Source: a bacterium (GTDB taxonomy: Bacteria > RUG730 > JBDRED01 > JBHPKP01). Taken from it: DNA of 64,000 bases. The stretch is from the NCBI GenBank assembly GCA_042566505.1, contig JBHPKP010000002.1, forward strand, positions 14,848 to 78,847, written 5' to 3'. Under the pieces are notes generated by a model. That model did no database searches, had not been told where the DNA came from, and saw nothing but the letters and a program-made list of their open reading frames with translations. Position numbers and translations under genes: made by a program. This document shows, piece after piece, positions 1-9,770 of this stretch (position 1 is the stretch's first letter; each line of letters starts with the position of its first letter).

Positions 1-845
1 TTAAGCTCATTGGTTTCTCCTGCAAAAATAATTCTATTCTCCAAAAAAGTATTCTTTATTCTATTTGCATAAGACTTTACATCATCTCGTCCAAAAACAA
101 ATAAATATATGTTTTCATTCTGCAACTCAAACAAAGCGTCAATTGCAATATCCAACCCCTTTCTTTTGAACTCATGTCCTGCAAAAACCAAAACAATATC
201 ATCTTCCTTAAAATTGTATTTAGATCTAAGACTAGTTCTAAATTTTTCTTTTTGCTGCGAATTGAATAAATCCACATCCACCCCATTAGGAATGTTTATA
301 ACATCACTTTCAGAAACTTTATAATATCTGCGTACTTCTTCTTTTGTCTGTTTTGAAACTGCAATTATTTTTTTATAATTAGCTTTTGTATAATTTTTTT
401 TCTCGATTAGACAAACTAAAAAATGAAGCGGATTAAATCGTGATTTGAAGATTTTTTTTAAAATATTTCTTTCATTTTTACGAGCCATAGTTATCCATGC
501 CAAATGACAACTATGCGCTGTCCGAATATCCGGTTGAAATAGCGCCGCACCTTGTGTGTGCACAATATCATATTTTTTCTTATTTATCATAAACAATGTC
601 ATAATAAAAAAAGACCAAACCTCGAACATAACAGACAGTGAAAAAAGGCTTAATTGAGAAAATAGTTTTACTCGAATCATTGGCACATGACGGATAATTA
701 AGTTATCTATTTTTGGCGCTGCAAAATCATTTGTAAACAAATGTACTTCATGATTGTGACTACACATATATTTACACAATTCATATACATACTTTGATAT
801 TCCACCTGTAACATTTACAGTTCTGCATGTAATACATATTTTCAT
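1..845 (-). CDS. GT4-type (GT-B fold) glycosyltransferase, C-terminus cut by window edge
   Basis: Absent from the supplied ORF track because it runs off the window. Manual minus-strand translation from ATG 845..843 gives MKICITCRTVNVTGGISKYVYELCKYMCSHNHEVHLFTNDF...DIVHTQGAALFQPDIRTAHS...IVLVFAGHEFKRKGLDIAIDAL...IIFAGETNEL. The frame is open to position 1 and GGAG lies ~8 nt upstream. The N-terminal GG loop and AGxxxxRKG region are typical of GT4 enzymes. Confidence 0.75.
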   Translation of the reverse strand, partial: MKICITCRTVNVTGGISKYVYELCKYMCSHNHEVHLFTNDFAAPKIDNLIIRHVPMIRVKLFSQLSLFSLSVMFEVWSFFIMTLFMINKKKYDIVHTQGAALFQPDIRTAHSCHLAWITMARKNERNILKKIFKSRFNPLHFLVCLIEKKNYTKANYKKIIAVSKQTKEEVRRYYKVSESDVINIPNGVDVDLFNSQQKEKFRTSLRSKYNFKEDDIVLVFAGHEFKRKGLDIAIDALFELQNENIYLFVFGRDDVKSYANRIKNTFLENRIIFAGETNEL

Positions 846-942
846 TATTAGACTCCATAACAAGCTGCGCTTGATGCAATTATTGGAACTCTTAAGTACG
901 AGTTAGTTAGTGTGCTCCTGCGTCGCTTAGACAAATGTTACA

Positions 943-971
943 CTTATATTTTTTTCAAATTCCTGCTGCAA
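943..971 (-). promoter_or_regulatory. Candidate sigma70-like promoter (TTGCAG-17 nt-TATAAG) upstream of the GT4 gene
   Basis: On the minus strand TTGCAG (971..966) is followed by a 17-nt spacer and TATAAG (948..943). It sits in the 145-nt gap between the stop at 991 and the ATG at 845. Motif match only. Confidence 0.25.
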
Positions 972-990
972 CAAATTAAAACTTACTGTT

Positions 991-2820
991 CTAAATTTCC
1001 AAAACTTCTCTATCTTTTAATCTATACAAATAATTCACATCATGTTTTGCAATCAATTCAAAATTTTTGTTTAAAACTTTTGCATCAGTCAAAAGCGTAG
1101 GTCTCTGATGCTTTTGAAAATAATCTGATCTACTAACAAACATATACTTAATCTGTTTTTCATAAAATTTCTTTATCAGATTTTTTTCGTCAGATATTGA
1201 ATGGACAAACGATCCAAACTTTGAACTACTTGTCTTTATAAAAATCGGTTCATAATAATAGCCTCTTGTTTCATTTATTGAAAGGATTTTATCATTTTCA
1301 TTTAAATTTTCATTTATATACGGCATGTAAAAATTTGCATACTTCTCTAAATACTCATGTTTTGAATATTTTCCTAAAAAATATTTTATCCCGTCTCTAC
1401 TAGCCAAACTTAGGACTAATTCATAAGAACGATTGCCAATGGATCCGACAAGAAAAAGAATAATAAATATTTTAATCAATTTATTCCGTTTCATCATATC
1501 CACAGAACTAACAACACCTATTGCAATAACAAATGGTATCACAACCACAAAAAACCTTGTTATATGAGGAAAAATAAACGTACCAACTAACAAATAAGTA
1601 AAAACATAATATATGATAAATTTAAAATGATAATTTTTATTTCGGTAAAAAGGAAATAATAGAAACAAAAACATAGTAGGTTCTGCAATAAATAACTCAA
1701 AAATATACGTAAAGTAACTCATGAAGTTTTTGATGTTTTTACATGCAATAAAGTGATTTTTCATATCTAAAATGAGAAAAGAATTTAAACTTTTATCATT
1801 AAAAATTGAATTTAAAAATGGAGAAAAAGGATTATTTGTAAATATATAATTTCTCAAAAGCCATGGAAAAACAGGAATAAAAACACAAAACAAAATCAAA
1901 ATCAGTTTACTATTGTTTTTATTAAAAAATCTTTTATGAACTATCTGAATCAAAAAATAGCCGACCGGAATTATGAATGCAATAACTCCGGTATATTTAA
2001 CAGCAAAACAAAAACCCAAAAAAATAGACATAAGACAAAACCATTTATTATGCTTTGTATCATACCATTTCAAAAATGTATAAAGAACTAACGTAAAATA
2101 CAACAACACAAAGAAATCTATCATTGCAGTACCAAATTGTGTACTAAAATAACTTGATAATAAAAATAGCAATGCAGATAAAAGTGCAGATGTTAAATTG
2201 AAATATTTTCTAATCATAACAAAGACTATAAATACAGATAAAAAACCTGCCAAAAGATGAATTTGCTGCACTAATATTTCGTCTTTCAAACCTAATGCCA
2301 AAACATACAACATCTCACCAAACTGAGGAAAACTAGCATACTGCTGAAACTCTGAAATATTGATCATTTTATGTGCATTTAGAAAATATTTTGCAACAGG
2401 CAAGTGATAGCATAAAGAATCACTATCAAATGTCGGTTTCGATGTAGCAATTATATAAACTAAACTCGAAAATATAATTAGAAAAATCATAAGTTTTAAC
2501 TCGAAAGTATAATCGGATAATTTTCCAAAATTATTACTTATACATATTTTTTTATTTTTTATAATAATTAATAATATCGGAACAAATATTAAGATTAGAA
2601 ATACACTTTTATAAAGCAGTCCTAAAATCGCACAAAAAAATATCATATAGGACATTATTCCCAGTCCCAAACCCATATTAATTAAAAGATTTTCCTCGAA
2701 CGATTCAGATTTTAAAAAAGAATCTCTTATAACCAGCTTTGACATACAAAAACACGAAACAACTATTATCATCAAAAACAAAAAACTTATCATTTGAACA
2801 ACCTTTATTTTAACCTGCAA
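991..2820 (-). CDS. Polytopic membrane protein, putative GT-C-fold glycosyltransferase/polymerase (ArnT/PMT-like architecture)
   Basis: 609-aa ORF with about 12 hydrophobic helices followed by a ~150-aa soluble C-terminal domain. The track start at 2820 is TTG; an ATG giving MISFLFLMII lies at 2793. Function is inferred from topology and context only. Confidence 0.5.
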   Translation of the reverse strand: MQVKIKVVQMISFLFLMIIVVSCFCMSKLVIRDSFLKSESFEENLLINMGLGLGIMSYMIFFCAILGLLYKSVFLILIFVPILLIIIKNKKICISNNFGKLSDYTFELKLMIFLIIFSSLVYIIATSKPTFDSDSLCYHLPVAKYFLNAHKMINISEFQQYASFPQFGEMLYVLALGLKDEILVQQIHLLAGFLSVFIVFVMIRKYFNLTSALLSALLFLLSSYFSTQFGTAMIDFFVLLYFTLVLYTFLKWYDTKHNKWFCLMSIFLGFCFAVKYTGVIAFIIPVGYFLIQIVHKRFFNKNNSKLILILFCVFIPVFPWLLRNYIFTNNPFSPFLNSIFNDKSLNSFLILDMKNHFIACKNIKNFMSYFTYIFELFIAEPTMFLFLLFPFYRNKNYHFKFIIYYVFTYLLVGTFIFPHITRFFVVVIPFVIAIGVVSSVDMMKRNKLIKIFIILFLVGSIGNRSYELVLSLASRDGIKYFLGKYSKHEYLEKYANFYMPYINENLNENDKILSINETRGYYYEPIFIKTSSSKFGSFVHSISDEKNLIKKFYEKQIKYMFVSRSDYFQKHQRPTLLTDAKVLNKNFELIAKHDVNYLYRLKDREVLEI

Positions 2821-2839
2821 AAATAGAAGAATAGAATTT

Positions 2840-4354
2840 TTATAATGATTTTTTAATTTTTAGAGTCGATAAAATTAAACCAAAAATATCTTTATTGAAT
2901 TTTCTTAACAATAAAATATATACACAAAGCAACAAAAACATACCTGCTGCAAAAGTTACGTTAGTTGGAAATTGATTTACAAAATAAAGAACCATTGAAA
3001 ACACCACAAAAAGAGAACTCGTTATTTTCCACACACTTTTGAGCCATTCTATTAAATTTATCCCGCTCTCTCTAACACGTAGTGATCTCAAAAGTAAAAC
3101 AAACATCAGAAAATATGCAATACTAGTCGCAAGTGTAATACCTGCAACTCCCATATAATTCGATAAAATTATGTTTAGCAAAATATTAATAATCAAACTT
3201 ATGCTCGATATATAAATCATATGTTTTATTTTTTTTAGACTAAAGAGTGCATGAGTAAGTATGTAATTTATTGATATAAAAAATGCTGCAAATGAATAAT
3301 ATCTTAAAGCTTGAGAAGTTATGGCTGTTGAAGCAACATCAAATGATCCACGTTCGAATATTATTGAAACAACATATTGCGGAAAAAACAAAAATACAAG
3401 CATTATCGGCAGTGTTGCTATAAAGATCACATTCAAACCTTTTTTCAATGCATCTCCAAAATTTTTCCAATCCCCTTCAAATGATTTCTTTGATAGACGT
3501 GGAAAAACTACAGTTACAACTGAAACTGCAATTATACTTTTTGCCAAATCCATCAAACGCATTGAATATCCAAGCGCTGAAATATTACCCTCGCCAAGAT
3601 ATGAGCCAATCATATTATCAACTATATAAGTCAATTCAATAAAAAACATAACAATAAGCATTGGCAAAAATATTTTTAAAAACTTTTGAAAATATTCGTT
3701 CTTCAAATTAATTTTAAAATTTATAGAACCGATTTTTTTTAATGTTTGTGGGAACTGGATAGCAAGTGGAATTATTCCGCCAAGCAAAAAGCCCAAACTA
3801 AGCGCAAATATGCCAAATTTTTCACTAAATAAAACCATGCAGATTATCAAACTTAAGTTCAATAATGTTTGATGCAAACCCGGTAAAAAAAACTTTTCAT
3901 GTGTATTCAATACCGACTTTGAAATGGAAATCATACTAATGATTAATATCGTCGGAAGAACCATATAATTCATCAAAATAGCTTTATCATGACTCACAAC
4001 ATTCAAGCCAGGTGCTAAAGCTCCTACAAGTTGTCTCGAAAACAAAATTCCAAACAGAATCATCAAACCAGCAATAATAAAAGTAATATTAATAATCTGC
4101 CAAGCAAACTGTTTTCTTTCGTGTTCTTTTTGAACGGAAATAAGCTCTGAATAGATAGGAATAAATGCTGCAGCAAATGCACCGCCAAGCAAAAAATGTG
4201 CAAGATTGAGAGCTATCGTCGTAGAAAAAACATATACGTCGTAATCCGCATTTGTACCATAATTATAGGCGATCAGAATCTCTCGAGATAGCCCCAAAAA
4301 TTTACTAAACATCGCTATTAAAATTAATATTAAACCTGATTTTTTAAGTGACAT
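2840..4354 (-). CDS. MurJ/MviN-family (MOP superfamily) lipid-linked glycan flippase
   Basis: 504 aa with ~14 TM segments. The N-terminus KFLGLSREILIAYNYGTNADYDVYVF matches the MurJ-family signature (GFxRExxxAxxFGxxxxxDAF). Confidence 0.75.
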   Translation of the reverse strand: MSLKKSGLILILIAMFSKFLGLSREILIAYNYGTNADYDVYVFSTTIALNLAHFLLGGAFAAAFIPIYSELISVQKEHERKQFAWQIINITFIIAGLMILFGILFSRQLVGALAPGLNVVSHDKAILMNYMVLPTILIISMISISKSVLNTHEKFFLPGLHQTLLNLSLIICMVLFSEKFGIFALSLGFLLGGIIPLAIQFPQTLKKIGSINFKINLKNEYFQKFLKIFLPMLIVMFFIELTYIVDNMIGSYLGEGNISALGYSMRLMDLAKSIIAVSVVTVVFPRLSKKSFEGDWKNFGDALKKGLNVIFIATLPIMLVFLFFPQYVVSIIFERGSFDVASTAITSQALRYYSFAAFFISINYILTHALFSLKKIKHMIYISSISLIINILLNIILSNYMGVAGITLATSIAYFLMFVLLLRSLRVRESGINLIEWLKSVWKITSSLFVVFSMVLYFVNQFPTNVTFAAGMFLLLCVYILLLRKFNKDIFGLILSTLKIKKSL

Positions 4355-4367
4355 AATTAAAACTCAT

Positions 4368-6401
4368 CTAAATTCTTTTTTTGAACAATTTCATTTTTCC
4401 ATTCTCTGAAACAGATGAAACAAAATACAATTCTTGTAGTAATGAATCAAAATATTCTGACATCCTTGTAGTATCATAAAATATTTTAATCTCTTGATTG
4501 TTTATAATAAATTTAATCATCTTGTCAAAATCTCTTCTATAAAGTAAATCAATAATACCTGGGTTAAATGGTGAAAATGTTCTTGTTTCCACATGATATA
4601 AACCTTGCATTTCTGAAAGTATTAAAACCTTCTCATGTTTTTTTGTATGAAGTTTAATAAATTCTACATTTAATATAAAATCATTTTTCTGCTTATTTAT
4701 AAACACATTATCCAGTTTGTTTACGTGTTTAAAATGCCACTTAATTTCCTTTAATTGAAAAACCATAATTATAAATGAAATCCCTAATATAAAAATAATT
4801 AATGTAAACAATATTTTCTTAAAATCGAAAATATTTTTATCTAGTCTAATTACATTTAGCAATTTATCAGCAAAAATAGACAACAGGACAATTGCAGGCC
4901 AGCAAGCATGCAAAAGATTAACATCTCTATTTCGTCCAAGAAAATAAACAAACAGCCCTAAACCTAAAAATGAAAGGTATAAAATAATCAAACCATCAAA
5001 CTGATATTCATCAGACTCGACCAAAAAAGAATAACAAATTCCAATAAGGTATGTAATAATTACTAACATCCACGGATGCAAAATTACCGTTGGAACCATT
5101 TTGTATCCAACTTTTGCAAAAATATTAACAGATGTAAATAGAGTTAATACATTTGGAAAAGCTCCAAAAAATAAGTATATTCCGACCGAATAAACTACAA
5201 AAACCACAGCCAATATTAAAAATAGTTTTAAAAATATAGCCAAGACTTTCTTGAGATAATTTACTTTAGATTGAAAAATAAATTCTTTAAATGCTAAAAA
5301 AAGCACCCAAGCTCCAAACGTCGCTACTCCAGACTCAGGATTCCATAAAATACCAATAGAAGCAATCAAGCTTATAACATAAAACCCCAGTTTAGATTTA
5401 CCATTATCTTCTCTTTGTAATTGTAAATACTTAATTACCAAATACAAGACCAAAACAGGAAATAAAAACCTAATAGGATGATATTGAAAATAAAAATCAT
5501 GGATTCTTATTCTATAACGTAAATATGCAAAATAAAAAAAACTTGTAAAACCAAAAAATAAAATTAACTTATTTTTTATAATTTCCTTCATAGACTTATT
5601 AAGTAAAACAAAAGAAAAAACTATCAGCAAACTCATTACTACTGAAAATGAAAATAAATTGAATGGAAATATTTTAAATAGTGGCTGTAAAATATGAGCA
5701 TATAATCCATAAGTATTATGAAATCCATCTATAAGTATTGGAAATCCATTTTTTATCTGCTGCATTGAGTATATTACTGCCTCAACGTGATAACTATATG
5801 GATCAAGATCACCAGAAACAGAATAAGCACTAAAAATATTCATAAAAAATGTCAATATAATCAAAGAAATTGAATATATTGACATAGATTTTACTAAATA
5901 TTTATTTATGCTATCCAAATTTTTTGAATACATAAAATATTGAATGATAAACGGAAAGACAAACAAAGAGTAACCTAACAACACATATGGATTAAACATT
6001 CCACTATAAAATTTTATTGTCATAGTATCTATTATTTTCCCTACAATTAAATACCCAACAATAAGAACCAAAACAAAAAAAATCCATTGTACACAATTTA
6101 GCAAAACTCTAATTTTATCATTTGATAAATTTTTCAAAATTTTAGAAAAATATTTAGTTAATAAAAATATCGTAATCGAAAAAAAAACCCAACCAAATAA
6201 GTATATTGTCTGTTCCAATGGTTCCGGTCTAAACTCCGATATTGGATGTATAGATATAGTTTTAGCAAGTTCAAGTGCTTGAGCAATATCAAACTTCGCA
6301 AATCTTGCAATAAGTATAGACAAAGTAAGAAAACCCAAAATAGAAAATATTAACGATAAAAATCCATTTATAAATTTTCTATTTACATCGACTACTTGCA
6401 T
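4368..6401 (-). CDS. Polytopic membrane protein (677 aa), putative extracytoplasmic glycosyltransferase/polymerase
   Basis: Long ORF with ATG at 6401 and GGAG 8 nt upstream. More than 12 hydrophobic helices precede a ~130-aa soluble C-terminal domain. I recognised no diagnostic motif. Confidence 0.45.
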   Translation of the reverse strand: MQVVDVNRKFINGFLSLIFSILGFLTLSILIARFAKFDIAQALELAKTISIHPISEFRPEPLEQTIYLFGWVFFSITIFLLTKYFSKILKNLSNDKIRVLLNCVQWIFFVLVLIVGYLIVGKIIDTMTIKFYSGMFNPYVLLGYSLFVFPFIIQYFMYSKNLDSINKYLVKSMSIYSISLIILTFFMNIFSAYSVSGDLDPYSYHVEAVIYSMQQIKNGFPILIDGFHNTYGLYAHILQPLFKIFPFNLFSFSVVMSLLIVFSFVLLNKSMKEIIKNKLILFFGFTSFFYFAYLRYRIRIHDFYFQYHPIRFLFPVLVLYLVIKYLQLQREDNGKSKLGFYVISLIASIGILWNPESGVATFGAWVLFLAFKEFIFQSKVNYLKKVLAIFLKLFLILAVVFVVYSVGIYLFFGAFPNVLTLFTSVNIFAKVGYKMVPTVILHPWMLVIITYLIGICYSFLVESDEYQFDGLIILYLSFLGLGLFVYFLGRNRDVNLLHACWPAIVLLSIFADKLLNVIRLDKNIFDFKKILFTLIIFILGISFIIMVFQLKEIKWHFKHVNKLDNVFINKQKNDFILNVEFIKLHTKKHEKVLILSEMQGLYHVETRTFSPFNPGIIDLLYRRDFDKMIKFIINNQEIKIFYDTTRMSEYFDSLLQELYFVSSVSENGKMKLFKKRI

Positions 6402-6566
6402 AAATTATCTCCAAATCGTGCTGACTAATAGAAAGATTATGGCATATTTTTTTTATGTTTTCCAGTAAAGGGAAATCGTAGGTATAATACCAATTCATGA
6501 ATTTAACTATACAAAAGGCTCGTCGATAAATGTGTATAATTAATTTTGAAAAACGGTATAAGTTAT

Positions 6567-6614
6567 ATAAATAAAAAAATGGACCACCTTTAACATGCAT
6601 CAAAAATGGTCCAT
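6567..6614 (-). terminator. Rho-independent-terminator-like hairpin after rfbH
   Basis: On the minus strand ATGGACCA (6614..6607) and TGGTCCAT (6586..6579) are separated by a 20-nt partly self-pairing loop. TTTTTTATTTAT follows immediately. The hairpin begins 28 nt after the rfbH stop, in the largest intergenic gap of the locus (240 nt). Confidence 0.55.
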
Positions 6615-6642
6615 TAAATTACAATCAAAAATAAAACTCTAC

Positions 6643-7986
6643 TTATTTATTATTCGCTACAAATTCTTTAATAGAACTAACGATATATTCTAAAGCCTCT
6701 TTCTTCATGCCAGGATATACACCAACCCAAAAACTATCATTCATGATCTTGTCAGTATTTGTCAAATCGCCAACAACTCTATAATCCTTACCCAACTCCA
6801 AATCATCAAACAGAGGTTGCCTCACCATATTACCACCAAAAAGATTACGTGTTTGAATATTGCAGCCTTCCAAAAATTCTGCCAAATCATTTCGCTTAAA
6901 ACTTATCCCATCTTTTAATGTAATCAAAAAACCAAACCAAGATGGTTCACTTTTATCAGTTGCCTTTGGAAGTACAAAATATTCACTCAAATCGTTTAAA
7001 CCATCATATAAAACTTGAAAATTTTCTCTACGTTTCTGAATAAATCCTTCGAGCTTATCAAGCTGCGCACAACCAATTGCAGCCTGCATATCAGTAGGTT
7101 TTAGGTTATATCCAAAGTGACTATACACATACTTATGGTCATATCCGAATGGCAATGTCCCGAATTGCTGCGAAAACCTTTGACCACAAGTATTGTCTGC
7201 ACCTGAATCGCACCAGCAGTCACGACCCCAATCACGAACTGAAAGCAAAATCTTTTTCAGAAGTGCATCATTTGTATAAACAGCTCCACCTTCACCCATT
7301 GTCATATGATGCGGCGGATAAAAACTACTGGTTCCAATATCACCCCAAGTACCTGTATATTTCCCGTTATAAACACTACCTAATGCATCACAATTATCTT
7401 CAATAAGCCAAAGACTATTTTTCTTACAAAATTCTTTTACCTTTGCAATATCAAATGGATTCCCAAGTGTGTGAGCAATCATTACAGCTTTAGTTTTATC
7501 AGATAATGCCGAATCCAATTTATTCACATCGATATTTGCAGTTTCAAGATCAATATCAATAAACACTGGCAATGCTCCATACTGCACAATCGGCGCCATT
7601 GTGGTCGGGAATCCGCATGCTATAGTTATCACTTCATCACCACGATTGATTCTGCGATCTTTCAAAAGAGGTGATGTGAGCGCCATGAATGCCAAAAGAT
7701 TCGCAGATGACCCGGAATTCACCAAAAGAGCAGACTTCACACCTAAAAACTTTGCAAGTTTTTCCTCAAACATCTTTGAATATCTTCCATATGTAAGCCA
7801 AAACTCCAAACTTGAGTCGACAAGATTCATCATCTCTTTCTCATCAAATACACGACCGGCATAATTCACACGACTGGTTTTTGGGACGAATTCACTCTTT
7901 GACTCCTCTTCAATCGCTTTATAATACTCTTTCGTTTTTTCAAGTATTTCTTGTACAAGTTTTTGTTTTTTAGTAACTGTAGTCAT
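6643..7986 (-). CDS. rfbH: CDP-4-keto-6-deoxy-D-glucose 3-dehydrase (E1; RfbH/DdhC), DegT/DnrJ/EryC1 fold
   Basis: Contains VNYAGRVFDEKE...LVNSGSSANLLA...SFYPPHHMTMGEGG, with His-His where the PLP lysine normally sits. The Cys pattern C-X57-C-X1-C-X7-C (NC...RDCWCDSGADNTC) was counted by hand. ATG at 7986 has AGGAG 9 nt upstream, whereas the track start at 8019 is TTG. Confidence 0.88.
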   Translation of the reverse strand: MTTVTKKQKLVQEILEKTKEYYKAIEEESKSEFVPKTSRVNYAGRVFDEKEMMNLVDSSLEFWLTYGRYSKMFEEKLAKFLGVKSALLVNSGSSANLLAFMALTSPLLKDRRINRGDEVITIACGFPTTMAPIVQYGALPVFIDIDLETANIDVNKLDSALSDKTKAVMIAHTLGNPFDIAKVKEFCKKNSLWLIEDNCDALGSVYNGKYTGTWGDIGTSSFYPPHHMTMGEGGAVYTNDALLKKILLSVRDWGRDCWCDSGADNTCGQRFSQQFGTLPFGYDHKYVYSHFGYNLKPTDMQAAIGCAQLDKLEGFIQKRRENFQVLYDGLNDLSEYFVLPKATDKSEPSWFGFLITLKDGISFKRNDLAEFLEGCNIQTRNLFGGNMVRQPLFDDLELGKDYRVVGDLTNTDKIMNDSFWVGVYPGMKKEALEYIVSSIKEFVANNK

Positions 7987-8068
7987 TTTTATTCTCCTAA
8001 ACCTTTGAATAGTAAACAATTCAAGAAAGGTATTTTATAGAATTCTAGCTAAAAACGCAAAAAAAATA

Positions 8069-8752
8069 TCACCTATTAAAAAATCGTAACTTAAGTAGTG
8101 TAAACATGTAAGTAATTATGAAAGTGACTAAATTACGCTTTGTATTTCCAAACATTCGCTCTTTAAAAACATATGGGATTTCTTTAATCATCATATCTTT
8201 TTTTATTTTTTTTATTTTAAATAAAATTTCCTCTACAACATTAATACTTTTTAATAAATCAGCTCGATATAATTTAAAACTATTTGACACATCTTTACAT
8301 TTCAAACCTAACACCAATGAATAAATAAAATTGACCATCCAACTCATTAGTATCAATATTTTCTTATTGTCAGAACCTCCACCTTTTACATATCTGGAAG
8401 CTATAATAACATCTGAATCATCCTTATATGCATACATCTTTATGATGAATTCTGGCGAATGTGATCCATCTGCATCCATAAAAATAATATATTTACCATT
8501 TGCAAATTTAATTCCCGTTCTAATTGCATCACCATATGAATCACCAAACTCTCTATTAACATAAACAACATTATTCTCACTACATACTTCTTTTGTGTGG
8601 TCCCTTGAACTTTGAGTATCAACCACAAAAATTTCATACTTATTGCTGTAATCCTTTTTTAAAACAATATTCAACCTTGGAAGAATTAATCTCAAATTTT
8701 CTTCTTCCAAGTACGCTGGTATAATGACACTCAATTCCATTTCCTTACTCAT
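8069..8752 (-). CDS. GT2 glycosyltransferase, Dpm1-like polyprenyl-phosphate hexose synthase type
   Basis: Motifs [26 protein letters not shown] and FMDADGSH (DxD), then a hydrophobic C-terminal segment. Confidence 0.7.
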   Translation of the reverse strand: MSKEMELSVIIPAYLEEENLRLILPRLNIVLKKDYSNKYEIFVVDTQSSRDHTKEVCSENNVVYVNREFGDSYGDAIRTGIKFANGKYIIFMDADGSHSPEFIIKMYAYKDDSDVIIASRYVKGGGSDNKKILILMSWMVNFIYSLVLGLKCKDVSNSFKLYRADLLKSINVVEEILFKIKKIKKDMMIKEIPYVFKERMFGNTKRNLVTFIITYMFTLLKLRFFNR

Positions 8753-9770
8753 AACTTTCCGTCCACTGTAACATTTTTTTTATGCCTTCCTCTCTACTAA
8801 TTTTGGGGTGCCATCCAATCAAATTTTCAACTTTCGTAAGATCTGCAACAAACACCTTTTGATCACTCTCCCTTACCGGAAGTTTTTCATAAGAAAGTTT
8901 TATATTTAATTCTTTCTCAAGAAAATCAAATAATTCTAATAAAGACAAACTATTGCTCATTCCTCCACCAATATTAAATGCATGCCCTTTTGCTTTATCA
9001 ATATTTTTTATAGTCTCAAAATACAGATTTACCATATCGTCTGCATACAACACATCTCTTACCTGCTTACCATTCCCTGAAATAGTAAATGGCTCCTTTA
9101 ATTGTCCATTCTTTGTTTCAATAGCTTTTTGGCAAAACCAACCTATCCAACCCTGATCATAAGTTGAGAACTGCCGACCTCCAAACATAGATGAATGTCT
9201 AAACACAACTGTTCTTATACCAAAGATTCTATAGTAATCCAGCATATACTGATCTGCAGCACCTTTTGAACATCCATAAGGAGAATGAAACTCTAACTGA
9301 ATATTTTCATTAAACCCATTGGGAAAATCTTTTGCAATACATCTCGTATCATTTTCCTCATATTTTACCCATTCTAAATCACCATAAACTTTATTTGTTG
9401 ATGAATAAAAAACTATGGTTTCAGGACTGTATTTACGCACAGCTTCCAAAACATTAAATGATCCTAAAATATTTATTTCCATATCAAGCTTTGGGTCACT
9501 AATTGAAGTAGTCATGGCAACCTGACCTGCAAGATGAAAAAGCACATCAGGTTTTGTTTCTTTTATCACCTTCTCAATTTCTTCAGAAGTTCTTATATCT
9601 TTTTCAAAAAAAATAAACTTTCCTTGTTCCTTTAACCACTGTAGATTTTTTTCTGAACCCTGCCTATATAGATTATCGAATATGAATAGTTCATCATTTC
9701 CTTCATTTAATATCTTACATGCTAAATTTGAGCCTAAAAATCCACACCCACCTATAATTAATATTTTCAT
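8745..9770 (-). CDS. rfbE: CDP-paratose 2-epimerase (CDP-tyvelose 2-epimerase)
   Basis: [87 protein letters not shown] and [15 protein letters not shown] are near-identical to blocks I recall from Salmonella RfbE. ATG at 9770 overlaps the upstream stop (ATGA) with AAGGAG 11 nt upstream; the track start at 9782 is GTG. Confidence 0.85.
   Translation of the reverse strand: MKILIIGGCGFLGSNLACKILNEGNDELFIFDNLYRQGSEKNLQWLKEQGKFIFFEKDIRTSEEIEKVIKETKPDVLFHLAGQVAMTTSISDPKLDMEINILGSFNVLEAVRKYSPETIVFYSSTNKVYGDLEWVKYEENDTRCIAKDFPNGFNENIQLEFHSPYGCSKGAADQYMLDYYRIFGIRTVVFRHSSMFGGRQFSTYDQGWIGWFCQKAIETKNGQLKEPFTISGNGKQVRDVLYADDMVNLYFETIKNIDKAKGHAFNIGGGMSNSLSLLELFDFLEKELNIKLSYEKLPVRESDQKVFVADLTKVENLIGWHPKISREEGIKKMLQWTESYE

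Noticed and set aside
846-942. Relatively GC-richer intergenic stretch with the small palindrome caagctgcgcttg (862..874) as a possible sRNA or riboswitch
   Set aside because: Only a 5-bp stem with a 3-nt loop and imperfect longer pairings are present, and I recognised no known riboswitch core. It is most simply the 5' leader of the GT4 gene.
6179-6187. A9/T9 homopolymer tracts inside coding regions (6179..6187, 23637..23645 and several 8-mers) as possible phase-variation switches
   Set aside because: Runs of 8-9 A/T are expected by chance in DNA this AT-rich. All the genes containing them are currently in frame. I saw no long poly-G/C or multi-unit SSR tracts of the kind that drive phase variation in glycan loci.
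6379-6603. 74-aa minus-strand ORF in the large intergenic gap
   Set aside because: It starts inside the terminator-like hairpin, overlaps the well-supported ATG/RBS of the 677-aa gene, and is Y/F/I/K-rich with no motif. It is more likely non-coding promoter/leader DNA.
7987-8019. N-terminal extensions in the ORF track that begin at TTG/GTG (8019, 9782, 20397, 2820) or an upstream ATG (41751)
   Set aside because: Internal ATGs preceded by good Shine-Dalgarno sequences give canonical N-termini: MTTVTKK for RfbH, MKILIIGG for RfbE, MMKVSDY for the ThDP enzyme, and MKKRTSF (a signal peptide) for the phosphoesterase. I shortened these genes accordingly. For 991..2820 I kept the track start and noted the internal ATG at 2793.
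8440-8637. Nested minus-strand ORFs in alternative frames (8440..8637, 36405..36602, 77..286)
   Set aside because: They are fully contained in longer ORFs that carry clear family signatures (GT2, membrane paralogue, GT4). There is no independent support for them.
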